A stretch of DNA of 64,000 nt, taken from the IMG/VR virus record IMGVR_UViG_3300045391_000819, positions 67,722 through 131,721 of that record, one strand, 5' to 3'. This DNA comes from a virus. The notes beneath the pieces were generated by a model. It was given only the letters and a program-made list of their open reading frames with translations, ran no database searches and was not told the origin of the DNA. Shown here piece after piece: positions 47,491 through 56,463 of the stretch (its first letter is position 1; every line of letters starts with the position of its first letter). Position numbers and translations under genes: made by a program.

Positions 47491-50202
47491 TTACTTCGAT
47501 TTCTTTTTCGGTGGCTTGGCCGGAGCCTTATTCTGCTGACCTTTTAGAACTTTCACGCTTTCAAGCTGTTGAGATTCTATTTTAAGATTAGCATCAATTT
47601 TACGTTTGTCAATATCCAGCTTCTTCATATTATACTCATGGTCAGCCACTGCTTTCTGTCTTTCGATGTCATTCTTTTCACGCTGAGCATCTGCTTTATC
47701 AGAATCTGCATTAGCCTGTTGATTGAGTTTTTCATATTCAAGAACATCTGGAACTTGGTCAGCATTATTATCTGCAAGATTATTTTGCTGACGATTGAAC
47801 GTAGTCATGTAAGCAATTCTTTCACGAGTTCCACCTTCACCCCATTCTTCTTCGAATTCCTGATGTTTAAGCTGAAGTTCACCAAGTCTGAATTGTCTTT
47901 CTTCCTCTGCTTTCTTTTCTTCAAGCTGGAATTGTTGAGCAATTTGCTGTTGACGAGTTTCATCAGCTTCCTTCAGATAACGCATAATTTCAGAAGGAGA
48001 GTTGGAAGTTATAGCCTGTGCCAAATCAGCGAACGAAGAGTTCATTGTATTATTTGACATAGCTAACTGGCGAATCATTTCAAGTTGACGTATTTCTTCC
48101 TGAGAATCAGATACGTAAACATGTAAGTCACTTAACAATAAATCAGTTCCAAGCAACTTTATGAAGGCTCTACTCATATCTGACTTAACGTAAGATACAG
48201 TAATATCCCTCTGAGCTGATTGTACGAACTGAGCTATATCCAAATCCATCTTATGACAACGTCTCAGATAATTAGAGAAATTCGTAAAGTAGGACTCTGT
48301 TTGGGCGAATGATCTTTGTTCTCCTTGTTTAATACCTGTTGCTGTTGCGGTTGAAGCTTGCTGTCCAAGACGGTATTCGTTAAATCCGACTTGTTTAAGA
48401 GCGAACGCTTCAAATGTTTCAGCGATTTTAAGACGAGAGATAATACGAGCTGAGGCATCTAAATCTATTTCTTTTGGATATTGACCACCATGCCCCATTT
48501 TGCTAGTAGGGCCATCATCAATTACTGTAACACCTAATTCCTTGGCGATCAACATAAATTTTTCGTAAGCATTTGAACCTCCCCAATCTTTAAGATCAGA
48601 GAACATGCTTTGTCCCATAACTATAAACTTACCAACATCTTTCTGCATTTCTTGATAAGCCTGATTTACAGCAACATTGTAGCCAATCTGGAATGGTTTA
48701 ATCATATCCACAAGGCTCATGCTTTGAGAGTTACGAATCGAGAATACCTGCCCGCATACGGGAAGTTTAGCTTCATATATATTAATGTCACCCTTGAATT
48801 GAAATTCGTTAGGCTTAACGTTTATATAAAGGTCTTTTGATAGGCCGCTGGCACTCTTGGTACATATTTTAATACCTTTCCAAACTTCGTTTACCCAAGT
48901 CCAAACTACGGTATTGGGTTCATCACTATCATCTTCAAAACTGGAATCTAATTGTTTGAAACCTTTTGGTATCACTACATCTTCATCTATATAAGTTTTT
49001 ACTTTCAAGCCAGTTGTAGGATCAATATAAGTTACTTTGCCTATCTTTCTTTGGCTCTTCCAGTAAGCTTCCATAACAAGGAAGATACCTTTTTGTTCAT
49101 TAAAGAATCTACCACTATATAATGATGAGAAGAAATTGCTGTCCAGATAAGGTATATTGCTCGAACCGGGCATTGTGCTGGTCTGTCTAAGCATATCGTA
49201 AGCTGGATAATCCTTGAAAGGCATCAAGTAATTATCAAATACGTAGCTTGTACCAGCAGCATATTTCCATCTCTTATCATCTTTTGGAATATCCTGTTGT
49301 ATAGATTCTATCTGTTCTCTTGTCATTAAGAATCCATATCTATCTATAATAGCTGGAATAGTCAAATAGAACAAACGGCCTACATAATCCCCATCTTCAA
49401 CATATTCAATGTCTGGAGATTTGTGGAAGAATGTATTAACCGGGTTCCAAGTTTCTTGATTATAACCACTGCCTGTAAGATAGAAGTGTCTAAAACATCT
49501 GTCCACAATCAACATGTCTTCAAACTCACGCTTTTCTTTTTCTTTAAATTTAAAGCGATGTCTGTCAAGTTCAAGTTGATGTTGACCCCAGAGTTCTGCG
49601 GCTGTGTACCAATCTGTTTTTAGATATTCCTTAATGGCTGGAGGAGAGAGTTGTTGTTTAGCCTGAGCGATTGTTTGTTGATATTGCTGTTGCTCTTCAG
49701 GAGAATTGAAGTCCTGCTTGTCTGGGTCTAACCCAAGTTCAAGCATCTTCTGAGCTATTTCTGCTTCTATCTGGCTAAATACGTATTTTTGTAGGAGTTC
49801 AGTTTGCTTTCTAACATATTCATTATCAGTCTTTTCATCCATAGCTCTGACATGGAATGTATCTGGACGAGCCTGATATTCTCCACTCATAGTGTTAATG
49901 ATCTGTGAAGCAATGTCGTAATGACGTAGATAAGAAGGTATTTCGAACTCTTTCTGAAGTTGTGTGAGTAAGTCTTGATAACCTTCGCTTTCATAATAAT
50001 GATTAGGAATAAACTTACCCTTAATCATTTCATAATTTTCTATAAAACGAAGATTCTGCTGGAACTGACTTCTGGCCACAGACTCTAATGAGTCCAAATT
50101 AGCTTTCCCCCATTCCTCAGTCTTATCTCTTTTGGAGATCATCTGAGGAGGAAGATTAGCTATTGTCGAAGATGTATAAAAGGCGTTATGAAAAGGATAC
50201 AT
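47491..50202 (-). CDS. Portal protein (crAss-type), 903 aa
   Basis: LPPQMISKRDKTEEW, LRHYDIASQIINTMSGE, ETWNPVNTF, WVNEVWKGIKI motifs; directly after terL. Confidence 0.88.
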   Translation of the reverse strand: MYPFHNAFYTSSTIANLPPQMISKRDKTEEWGKANLDSLESVARSQFQQNLRFIENYEMIKGKFIPNHYYESEGYQDLLTQLQKEFEIPSYLRHYDIASQIINTMSGEYQARPDTFHVRAMDEKTDNEYVRKQTELLQKYVFSQIEAEIAQKMLELGLDPDKQDFNSPEEQQQYQQTIAQAKQQLSPPAIKEYLKTDWYTAAELWGQHQLELDRHRFKFKEKEKREFEDMLIVDRCFRHFYLTGSGYNQETWNPVNTFFHKSPDIEYVEDGDYVGRLFYLTIPAIIDRYGFLMTREQIESIQQDIPKDDKRWKYAAGTSYVFDNYLMPFKDYPAYDMLRQTSTMPGSSNIPYLDSNFFSSLYSGRFFNEQKGIFLVMEAYWKSQRKIGKVTYIDPTTGLKVKTYIDEDVVIPKGFKQLDSSFEDDSDEPNTVVWTWVNEVWKGIKICTKSASGLSKDLYINVKPNEFQFKGDINIYEAKLPVCGQVFSIRNSQSMSLVDMIKPFQIGYNVAVNQAYQEMQKDVGKFIVMGQSMFSDLKDWGGSNAYEKFMLIAKELGVTVIDDGPTSKMGHGGQYPKEIDLDASARIISRLKIAETFEAFALKQVGFNEYRLGQQASTATATGIKQGEQRSFAQTESYFTNFSNYLRRCHKMDLDIAQFVQSAQRDITVSYVKSDMSRAFIKLLGTDLLLSDLHVYVSDSQEEIRQLEMIRQLAMSNNTMNSSFADLAQAITSNSPSEIMRYLKEADETRQQQIAQQFQLEEKKAEEERQFRLGELQLKHQEFEEEWGEGGTRERIAYMTTFNRQQNNLADNNADQVPDVLEYEKLNQQANADSDKADAQREKNDIERQKAVADHEYNMKKLDIDKRKIDANLKIESQQLESVKVLKGQQNKAPAKPPKKKSK

Positions 50203-50272
50203 TAGCGTCTAAATGTAGAAGCACAAATATAATGAAACTTAATGACTTGTGGAAATGAGTAATCGGTTTTAA

Positions 50273-52321
50273 TTAAAAAACTCTCCTGTTTCCTGAGAAT
50301 GGACTTCCGTGCGGGCGGGTAAAAGGTGATCTAACTGATTGTTTCTTAGGTGGTTCGAAGCCTTCTGACTCTTTAACTTTAACTATTGGTGCAGTCTTTA
50401 AAAGGTGTGAATCATACGCTAACACATGTCTAAAAGCTACAATACGGTCAACGTTCTGGTCTTCACTATAGTTTAACATTTCGGTAAGAAGCATCCTATC
50501 TCTAATTCTAGTAACACCAAGCTTCTTAATCTCAACTCCTCTTTCATCAAATCCTATTATCTCTTCCAAACAGTAATCATAAAACAGTCGCATACAGTGA
50601 TTTATGACTCTTGGAACGGCTGGCAAACCTTTTGGACGGACATTGATTCCTGTATTAGGAGCTATTTCTACAAGCAGATTATAACCATCAGCAAGAAGAT
50701 GAGCTTTGTTTTTACCATCTAAATAGTCGATAAAGTTCGTACCCATATTTTCAATCATACAGGTAGCGTTGTAAAGCTCGATTAGCATCTCAGCCTGTCT
50801 ATTCCATTCCTTCATCAGTTGTGGACGGGAAGCGAAAGATGCTACAATCATGTTTTGGAATGTACCTTTAACAGGATCGTACATTCTTTTATAGATATAA
50901 AGAGTTCCTAATGAAGGAGATGTGGCAGAAACGTTCTGGTTATAAGGGTCACATCCAGCTATATAAAGAAAGTGAGGAGGATTTTCTACTGGAGGCTCAT
51001 ATATCATTATAGGAGCATCCTTCATAGTTTCAGGTTTTACTGGAAAATCCAGTATTTCCCTACGCTTAATATCTGTTTTCCAACCAATTGTATTATCTAC
51101 GTTCCTATAAAGTTCAACTGGAATGCCTACAAATCCCTGCTTTTTCTCAAGTTCATCCAGATATAAAAGATGATTTCTGATAGCTTCAATAGGGAAATCA
51201 TTTACTTCATCGCTCAAAAAGCAATCATCTGGATCAAATGGATAATACATTCGACCTTTAAGAGCAGCTCTGGGGTCATTCGCTTTCTCAAGTTTCTTTA
51301 CTTCATCGTCAGTTATCTTCTTGGCTAGTTCTTCATCGCTCTCATAGAATGTCAAACTGTTTAGTTCACTGTCCTCTGGAATCAAAATTCCTGATTCTCT
51401 TTGAATGAAATCACTAAACTTTACTTCCTTTTTAGCTTCCATTCTGTATTTACCAGACAAGAAAACTCCATACTTCTTGGCCTTTCCGGGTATCTCGACA
51501 GCTACAAAGTTATGTGCATCAGGGTTTTTAAATACCTTTTCAGCATCAGAATTAGGTTCAAATAGACCACCTGTACCTGTAAGTATAGGCACGCAACGCC
51601 ATCCTCTGGATGTAGTAAAACCCGGTTTAGCAGCTTCGTAAGCTTCTAGGAACGGTGCTTTACCCACCTCATCTATTACTAATATCTTAGGAGTAGTACC
51701 CGCAATGGCTTCTGTATTCTTACCTTCATCTAAGTTTCTTATCCAAATCTTAGACCATTCTATTCTTCGTCCACCTGTTTTTCTTTCTTTAACACCAAGC
51801 GAAACTTCCTTACGCCAGTCATCCTGAAGACGTCCGAATCTAAAATAGGGATGTAATGAGGCTAATCCTTTATCAAGTTTAGAGGCCAACACTTTAATAT
51901 CGGCTTCATTTGTAGAGCTAATTACGCTTTCTGAACCCTGATATATTGTAGCTCCTCTACCAACCCATGAGGCTTCAAAGTCTGATTTGGCAAACCTACG
52001 AGTACCAAATAGTAGAAGTCCTTTCTTTTCTTCCTCGGCTAATTTGATATATTGAGCTATAAGCCATTCATTATCTCTAAAGTGTGGCTTTCTCCATACA
52101 CGAATTTCATCGTTTGGGTTTCTAGGATCAGGTTCATCAAGATAGATGTTCCAATGGTTTAAATGCCAATACAACCAACCATGAATGTAAACTCCATCAA
52201 TGGTTAAGCCGTATCTAATCTTCTCCAATTCATTTTCAAAAAAGGGAACATACTCCTCAGAATCAGCAGTAGGAACGTCCTTAACATTTAAGAACATCTG
52301 AGGGTTGGTAATTATACTCAT
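50273..52321 (-). CDS. terL: Terminase large subunit
   Basis: Walker A-like GTRRFAKS, Walker B LVIDEVG, nuclease IAGCDPY and DRIVA motifs. Confidence 0.92.
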   Translation of the reverse strand: MSIITNPQMFLNVKDVPTADSEEYVPFFENELEKIRYGLTIDGVYIHGWLYWHLNHWNIYLDEPDPRNPNDEIRVWRKPHFRDNEWLIAQYIKLAEEEKKGLLLFGTRRFAKSDFEASWVGRGATIYQGSESVISSTNEADIKVLASKLDKGLASLHPYFRFGRLQDDWRKEVSLGVKERKTGGRRIEWSKIWIRNLDEGKNTEAIAGTTPKILVIDEVGKAPFLEAYEAAKPGFTTSRGWRCVPILTGTGGLFEPNSDAEKVFKNPDAHNFVAVEIPGKAKKYGVFLSGKYRMEAKKEVKFSDFIQRESGILIPEDSELNSLTFYESDEELAKKITDDEVKKLEKANDPRAALKGRMYYPFDPDDCFLSDEVNDFPIEAIRNHLLYLDELEKKQGFVGIPVELYRNVDNTIGWKTDIKRREILDFPVKPETMKDAPIMIYEPPVENPPHFLYIAGCDPYNQNVSATSPSLGTLYIYKRMYDPVKGTFQNMIVASFASRPQLMKEWNRQAEMLIELYNATCMIENMGTNFIDYLDGKNKAHLLADGYNLLVEIAPNTGINVRPKGLPAVPRVINHCMRLFYDYCLEEIIGFDERGVEIKKLGVTRIRDRMLLTEMLNYSEDQNVDRIVAFRHVLAYDSHLLKTAPIVKVKESEGFEPPKKQSVRSPFTRPHGSPFSGNRRVF

Positions 52322-52323
52322 GC

Positions 52324-52638
52324 TTATCGGTTTTTCATCATGCCCGGAACATCTCCTCCACCACGTATCTCCATCTGGGCATCAGCACGTTCTGCTCTGA
52401 GGCGATTTATCTCAGGCAACCAAGACAGATAATCTTTTAACATTGCTCTTAATTCACGATTTTGAGCTTCAATGTTTGCAGTGATTTTAATAACAGGTGT
52501 ACCTTTTGCGGACATTACAATTTCCGTTCTGTCCACTAAAGTTTCAAAAGGATGGTTATCAACATAAGCTCTCATGTCGTTGAGTTTTGCTTCTAACCAA
52601 TCAAGGTCTTCAAGTATAAAGTTGGTTTGTTTCGCCAT
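52324..52638 (-). CDS. Hypothetical protein, candidate terminase small subunit
   Basis: Helical 104-aa protein directly upstream of terL; assignment by position only. Confidence 0.4.
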   Translation of the reverse strand: MAKQTNFILEDLDWLEAKLNDMRAYVDNHPFETLVDRTEIVMSAKGTPVIKITANIEAQNRELRAMLKDYLSWLPEINRLRAERADAQMEIRGGGDVPGMMKNR

Positions 52639-52853
52639 TAATCTTCGTAATTTTTCATTGTTCTTAATACATCTCTTTCCTTGCTACAGTGAATCTCATA
52701 AATCTCAAAAGCTTCACCATCAGCACCCAATATTTCAAGAGAAAGTAATCCTTTCTGCTCAATAATTATTCTATTGAGCCTATACTCAACCTGTTCAGGA
52801 TCATGCCTGATATAGACTGGTTGCCCTATTTTATAATCAATTTCTATCCGCAT
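52638..52853 (-). CDS. Small SH3-like hypothetical protein
   Basis: YKIGQPVYIR... beta-rich; coupled ORF. Confidence 0.5.
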   Translation of the reverse strand: MRIEIDYKIGQPVYIRHDPEQVEYRLNRIIIEQKGLLSLEILGADGEAFEIYEIHCSKERDVLRTMKNYED

Positions 52854-53232
52854 TCATTAATTCTTGAAGTTTATCAACAATTTCTTGATTCATGTAAGCC
52901 CAATTTTCTTCTGAACCATAATTATATCCATAACCTCTTACAAACATTATATTACCTGTGGTATGCGTTATCTCATGGAACAGGTGTTTATTTTTATCTT
53001 CCACCCACATATAATAGACTTCATCGTGTTTGGGGGGATTATAATTAACATATACAGAGTAACCATCTGTACTGTGCATATCCTTTACATATACTCTTTT
53101 GTCCCAACTCCATAAGGATGGTATACGACCATTGTATCTTTCTCTCAAGAACTTCTTAAAGTCATCAATATGTCCTCCAATGGCAACACACACGCAAGCG
53201 TGATAGTTAACCTCGAACTCATATATCTCCAT
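52837..53232 (-). CDS. Hypothetical protein with HExxH motif
   Basis: LFHEITH, then E.WAYM. Confidence 0.5.
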   Translation of the reverse strand: MEIYEFEVNYHACVCVAIGGHIDDFKKFLRERYNGRIPSLWSWDKRVYVKDMHSTDGYSVYVNYNPPKHDEVYYMWVEDKNKHLFHEITHTTGNIMFVRGYGYNYGSEENWAYMNQEIVDKLQELMNADRN

Positions 53233-53504
53233 TAATTTGTAGTTTCTTCTAATTCCGTTGATGTTAATTCACGGTCAAGCTCATCTTTATAATCTTCAAA
53301 TTTCTTTAGTAGTTTCTCATCAGACCAGAAATACGGGTCTTGTACGTCACCTTTTCTTCTAAAGACATGGAGAATATGTTGAGCAATAGAGTATTGAGGA
53401 TATTCCTGAACAATCTTCATAATGTTATAAAACACTTGTTCCTCAATCTGCTTCTTTCTCTTGTCAATTGGTTTTGTTGTCATTTTGTTCTTTTTTGTAA
53501 ACAT
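53232..53504 (-). CDS. Hypothetical protein
   Basis: ORF track; the true start may be the second Met. Confidence 0.55.
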   Translation of the reverse strand: MFTKKNKMTTKPIDKRKKQIEEQVFYNIMKIVQEYPQYSIAQHILHVFRRKGDVQDPYFWSDEKLLKKFEDYKDELDRELTSTELEETTN

Positions 53505-53847
53505 CCCATTTCAAAGGAATTTGTTCATTGGGGTGTTTTTTATTGTAAATTTCTAGTCCACATTTTTCAGATAATGCTGCTGTTTTTCTATCTAATGTAC
53601 AGCCACAGTGTATGCAATGTTCATCAAATCTATCTGTTTTATAATTTATAGCCGGATTAGCTGCTGCATTACTGCTTGAAAAAGGACAAACGGAACATAT
53701 AACTCTACGTCTAATAATTTCATTCTGTTCATCTTCTGGCAAAGTTCCAAACTTCATCTTCACCAAATTAATCTGACCTTCAACTATTTTATCTCCATCC
53801 TTTACGGCTTTCGGTATAAGTTTCAAGTATTCCAAAAAGGCGCTCAT
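53464..53847 (-). CDS. Cys-rich (Zn-binding) hypothetical protein
   Basis: CxxCP...CxxCGC...C pattern. Confidence 0.6.
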   Translation of the reverse strand: MSAFLEYLKLIPKAVKDGDKIVEGQINLVKMKFGTLPEDEQNEIIRRRVICSVCPFSSSNAAANPAINYKTDRFDEHCIHCGCTLDRKTAALSEKCGLEIYNKKHPNEQIPLKWDVYKKEQNDNKTN

Positions 53848-54209
53848 ATTTTGGCTTTACTCCATTTTCTTTTATGTGTAAAATACGAATTAGCTATCTC
53901 GTTTCTACGTTCTAATAATCTTTTTAATTTTGTATATAATCTTATCCTAGTCTCTTCTCTCACATCTGGTTTGTAAATATTATCTAAAGTCCTTATATTC
54001 TTTATAATTACTTTTATTTCCTTTCTAAGTTTATGTCTACTTACAGCAATCGTTCCAAAGTTTTTTATAAAGATAGCGTTATAATTGGCTTCAGATAGAT
54101 TTCTCTTCACACCATTTTTCCAGAAATAGGCATTAACCTCTTTAACAATCTTCAAGTCCTTGCCTAATTTTTCTGCCGTTGCTTTATTAAAGTAATCAGG
54201 CGTTTTCAT
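53844..54209 (-). CDS. HU/IHF-like DNA-binding protein
   Basis: Basic; IFIKNFGTIAVS resembles the HU/IHF 'I.GFG.F.V' motif. Confidence 0.55.
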   Translation of the reverse strand: MKTPDYFNKATAEKLGKDLKIVKEVNAYFWKNGVKRNLSEANYNAIFIKNFGTIAVSRHKLRKEIKVIIKNIRTLDNIYKPDVREETRIRLYTKLKRLLERRNEIANSYFTHKRKWSKAKI

Positions 54210-54550
54210 TAACTATTATCTATCTGTATCAACATCCCAACTTTTACATCGAGAGTTAGATTTATATTCTCGTTAATCAAATATTCCTTTCTTCTACCTG
54301 CTGACTTCTTTATTAAACCTACTCTACTTAGCTTAGATATTGCATTCTTTAGAGAGTCTTCATTAAATATTTCGCTTTTAATAATGAGGTCTTTGGTCTC
54401 TTGCGTAATCTTATATACTAAAAAATAGGCAAGAACAGTCAACTCCGATTCAGAAAGTTTAATTTCTGATAAAAGGCAAAAAATCTTAAGCAAAGTCTTA
54501 GCCTGCTCGATCTTCGATTTAGTTTTCTTTACAACTTTAACGAGCTGCAT
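54209..54550 (-). CDS. Winged-helix-like hypothetical protein (start corrected to MQLVKVVK)
   Basis: The ORF-track start (54793) runs through tRNA genes. ATG at 54550 follows the 54580-54611 promoter. LKNAISKLSRVGLI is wHTH-like. Confidence 0.6.
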   Translation of the reverse strand: MQLVKVVKKTKSKIEQAKTLLKIFCLLSEIKLSESELTVLAYFLVYKITQETKDLIIKSEIFNEDSLKNAISKLSRVGLIKKSAGRRKEYLINENINLTLDVKVGMLIQIDNS

Positions 54551-54579
54551 TAGTTGGTTTTTATTAATTGATTCTGAAG

Positions 54580-54611
54580 CAAATATAATAAAAAAAGCTG
54601 AACTTACCAAA
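54580..54611 (-). promoter_or_regulatory. Bacteroidota sigma-A promoter (start of the morphogenesis operon)
   Basis: TTTG-N20-TATATTTG. Confidence 0.8.
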
Positions 54612-54656
54612 TCCATAAGGACTTGATAATCAGCTTTAACAATATTATAACGATTG

Positions 54657-54729
54657 CGTGCATGGAAGGAATCGAACCCACAACCTTCGGTTTTGGAGAC
54701 CGCTGCTCTACCAGTTGAGCTACACACAC
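54657..54729 (-). tRNA. trnW: tRNA-Trp(CCA)
   Basis: Cloverleaf; anticodon loop CT-CCA-AA; G73. Confidence 0.92.
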
Positions 54730-54735
54730 GTTTAG

Positions 54736-54811
54736 AACTCCCTGTCTGATTCGAACAGACACACAACTCTGGTTCGTAGCCAGAAGCACTCATCCATTAT
54801 GCTAAGGGAGC
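54736..54811 (-). tRNA. trnR: tRNA-Arg(ACG)
   Basis: Stem TCTGG/CCAGA, loop CT-ACG-AA. Confidence 0.9.
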
Positions 54812-54853
54812 AAGATCACCAGCATTTTCTCCAATTAAATTACCCGTTGGGTT

Positions 54854-54878
54854 AGAACGAGTTAGGATTCGAACCTAA
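54854..54878 (-). pseudogene. Orphan tRNA T-arm plus acceptor 3' strand
   Basis: TTAGG-TTCGAAT-CCTAA-CTCGTTC with no D or anticodon arm upstream. Confidence 0.5.
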
Positions 54879-54890
54879 AAGACTGGCGTG

Positions 54891-54965
54891 GGTGACTAAT
54901 CGGGATCGAACCGATACTCCTCTGCGTCACAGGCAGATACTTTAACCGTTTAAGCTATAGCCACC
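54891..54965 (-). tRNA. trnH: tRNA-His(GTG)
   Basis: Loop CT-GTG-AC; encoded G-1:C73 pair. Confidence 0.93.
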
Positions 54966-54970
54966 ATATG

Positions 54971-55043
54971 TTGCCTTGTTACGATTCGAACGTAAGTCGT
55001 CTGTTTCAGAGACAGAAATGTTTGACCGCTACACTACAAGGCA
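54971..55043 (-). tRNA. trnQ: tRNA-Gln(CTG)
   Basis: Loop CT-CTG-AA; T1:A72. Confidence 0.92.
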
Positions 55044-55046
55044 GTG

Positions 55047-55117
55047 TTCCCCTCGACAGACTCGAACTGCCACTTAGAAGCTTCAAAGGCTTCTGTGCTG
55101 CATTACACTAAAGGGGA
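55047..55117 (-). tRNA. trnQ: tRNA-Gln(TTG)
   Basis: Stem GAAGC/GCTTC, loop CT-TTG-AA; T1:A72. Confidence 0.88.
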
Positions 55118-55120
55118 GTG

Positions 55121-55196
55121 TGTGGATGATAAGAATCGAACTTACTTCAAGTCACGGAGCTTCAATCCGCCGCTATACCATATCAGCTACATCCAC
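55121..55196 (-). tRNA. trnF: tRNA-Phe(GAA)
   Basis: Stem GCGGA/TCCGT, loop TT-GAA-GC. Confidence 0.88.
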
Positions 55197-55532
55197 ATAT
55201 TTTAAAAAGTCTTGCTCATATCTAGTAGTATGTTCTAATCTATGACAATTAGCACATAATAATTCACATTTGTTTATTTCTTCCAACAAGATTTTCCAAG
55301 ACTTATGAGATACATTCCCTATGTTAAAACTTTTTGTAGATTCATCTTTATGATGAAATTCCAAAGCACCGGGATGATTATATCCACATTTTACACATTT
55401 TCCGCCAAGAAGATTTATAGCTTTAATCTTATTTCTATATCTTCTTATTTTGGTATTACATGAATGACAGCGTGTTCTATGACGTAATTGAAGCTGTCTA
55501 AATTCTCTTTTACAAATTTTACATATATCCAT
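55173..55532 (-). CDS. HNH homing endonuclease 1 (stop codon inside tRNA-Phe)
   Basis: CxxC N-terminus, LGGKCVKCGY...LEFHH...KCELLCANCHRLEH. Confidence 0.88.
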   Translation of the reverse strand: MDICKICKREFRQLQLRHRTRCHSCNTKIRRYRNKIKAINLLGGKCVKCGYNHPGALEFHHKDESTKSFNIGNVSHKSWKILLEEINKCELLCANCHRLEHTTRYEQDFLKYVDVADMV

Positions 55533-55536
55533 AATA

Positions 55537-55568
55537 CAAATATACGAAAAATTTTTGGTAATACCAAA
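55537..55568 (-). promoter_or_regulatory. Sigma-A promoter of HNH-1 (probably leaderless mRNA)
   Basis: TTTG-N20-TATATTTG; ATG only 4 nt downstream. Confidence 0.8.
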
Positions 55569-55582
55569 TTTGTTCTACCAAG

Positions 55583-55657
55583 AGCCTCTGGTCAGCCACG
55601 ATCTGACACTCCTCTGTTTACAAGACAGGAGCTTTACCTTCTTAAGCTACATGAGGC
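55583..55657 (-). tRNA. trnT: tRNA-Thr(TGT), atypical (possibly degenerate)
   Basis: Loop CT-TGT-AA; T-loop ATCGTGG instead of TTCRA; bulged A in the acceptor stem. Confidence 0.6.
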
Positions 55658-55695
55658 ATTTGACGGTGTTTATTGAGCTTTTCCGTCAGCTCTCG

Positions 55696-55771
55696 TCGGG
55701 ATGGCTGGATTCGAACCAGCGCATTCATGGCTCCAGACCACGTCGGAACAACCTGACTTCCGTACATCCCG
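55696..55771 (-). tRNA. trnP: tRNA-Pro(TGG)
   Basis: C1:G72, A73; loop TC-TGG-AG; canonical T arm. Confidence 0.9.
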
Positions 55772-55776
55772 ATAAC

Positions 55777-55801
55777 AAAAAACCCTCGAAGAATCGAGGG
55801 C
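55777..55801 (-). terminator. Attenuator C terminator
   Basis: GCCCTCGA-TTCT-TCGAGGGT followed by TTTTT, about 5 nt before tRNA-Pro. Confidence 0.88.
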
Positions 55802-55829
55802 TAACAATTTATGCAGATTTAAAGTTCAC

Positions 55830-55916
55830 TTATCTAAGTGTATCACCATCACGCATAGTTAGCCCTATCCCTGTGGGTTGGGTAAACCAAAAACGTGTAT
55901 GTTGAAACTTTATCAT
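55830..55916 (-). CDS. Leader peptide C, MIKFQHTRFWFTQPTGIGLTMRDGDTLR (28 aa)
   Basis: Manual translation. Codons 4-15 are all F/Q/H/T/R/W/P, the amino acids of the downstream tRNA block. Confidence 0.9.
   Translation of the reverse strand: MIKFQHTRFWFTQPTGIGLTMRDGDTLR
55858..55866 (-). promoter_or_regulatory. Antiterminator strand C
   Basis: AGGGCTAAC is a perfect 9-bp complement of GTTAGCCCT (55797-55805), which overlaps the terminator 5' arm. Confidence 0.82.
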
Positions 55917-55986
55917 TTTAAAAGAGGAATCCTACTTATTTCACCTATCGGCATAACCTGCGATATACGCATTTCAGATTCGAGAA

Positions 55987-56018
55987 CAAACTTACGACAA
56001 TTTTTTGAAATCACCAAA
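55987..56018 (-). promoter_or_regulatory. Sigma-A promoter of tRNA block C
   Basis: TTTG-N20-TAAGTTTG. Confidence 0.85.
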
Positions 56019-56052
56019 TTTATTTTGGGATTTTAACAAAAATTGATTATTG

Positions 56053-56121
56053 TGGGGCAGGAAGTACTCGAAACTTCGGGTTTGCGTTTTACAGACGTTA
56101 CCATTGCCCTGATTCTACCCC
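56053..56121 (-). tRNA. trnY: tRNA-Tyr(GTA), highly atypical
   Basis: Acceptor GGGGTAG/CTGCCCC and a normal T arm. CTGTAA loop has an irregular stem; short D arm; no long variable arm. Confidence 0.55.
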
Positions 56122-56127
56122 ATATAG

Positions 56128-56213
56128 CGGAGAGCATTGGATTCGAACCAATGGGCCGATTTCTCGACCACAGTTTAGCAAACTGCTCTAATTGACCACT
56201 CTAGCAGCTCTCC
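56128..56213 (-). tRNA. trnS: tRNA-Ser(GCT)
   Basis: Loop TT-GCT-AA; long variable arm; G73. Confidence 0.92.
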
Positions 56214-56216
56214 GGT

Positions 56217-56303
56217 TGGCGGTGGGAACAGGATTCGAACCTGCACAGCTGTTACACCTTCATGGTTTTCAAGACCAATAAGCCCTCTCTAATGCGTCCC
56301 ACC
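56217..56303 (-). tRNA. trnS: tRNA-Ser(TGA), CCA encoded
   Basis: Loop CT-TGA-AA; long variable arm; G73-CCA; unusual D arm. Confidence 0.85.
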
Positions 56304-56308
56304 GAATG

Positions 56309-56382
56309 TCCCTCTGACTGGTCTCGAACCAGCACTATACAGATTTTAAGTCTGCTGCGTCTCCCAATTGCGCCACAGAGGG
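56309..56382 (-). tRNA. trnL: tRNA-Leu(TAA), short variable loop
   Basis: Loop CT-TAA-AA; Leu-type D arm GGCGCAATTGGGAGACGC; A73. Confidence 0.9.
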
Positions 56383-56386
56383 TTAG

Positions 56387-56460
56387 TGCCGATGACAGGG
56401 GTCGAACCTGCGCAGTACTGCTTCTAAGGCAGTTGTGTCTCCCAATTGCACCACATCGGC
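56387..56460 (-). tRNA. trnL: tRNA-Leu(TAG), short variable loop
   Basis: Loop CT-TAG-AA; A73. Confidence 0.9.
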
Positions 56461-56463
56461 TTG

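Noticed and set aside
26716-52321. Introns or inteins in terminase, capsid, portal or muzzle genes
   Set aside because: The ORFs are continuous, of ordinary length, and show no intein (C...HN) or embedded homing endonuclease signatures.
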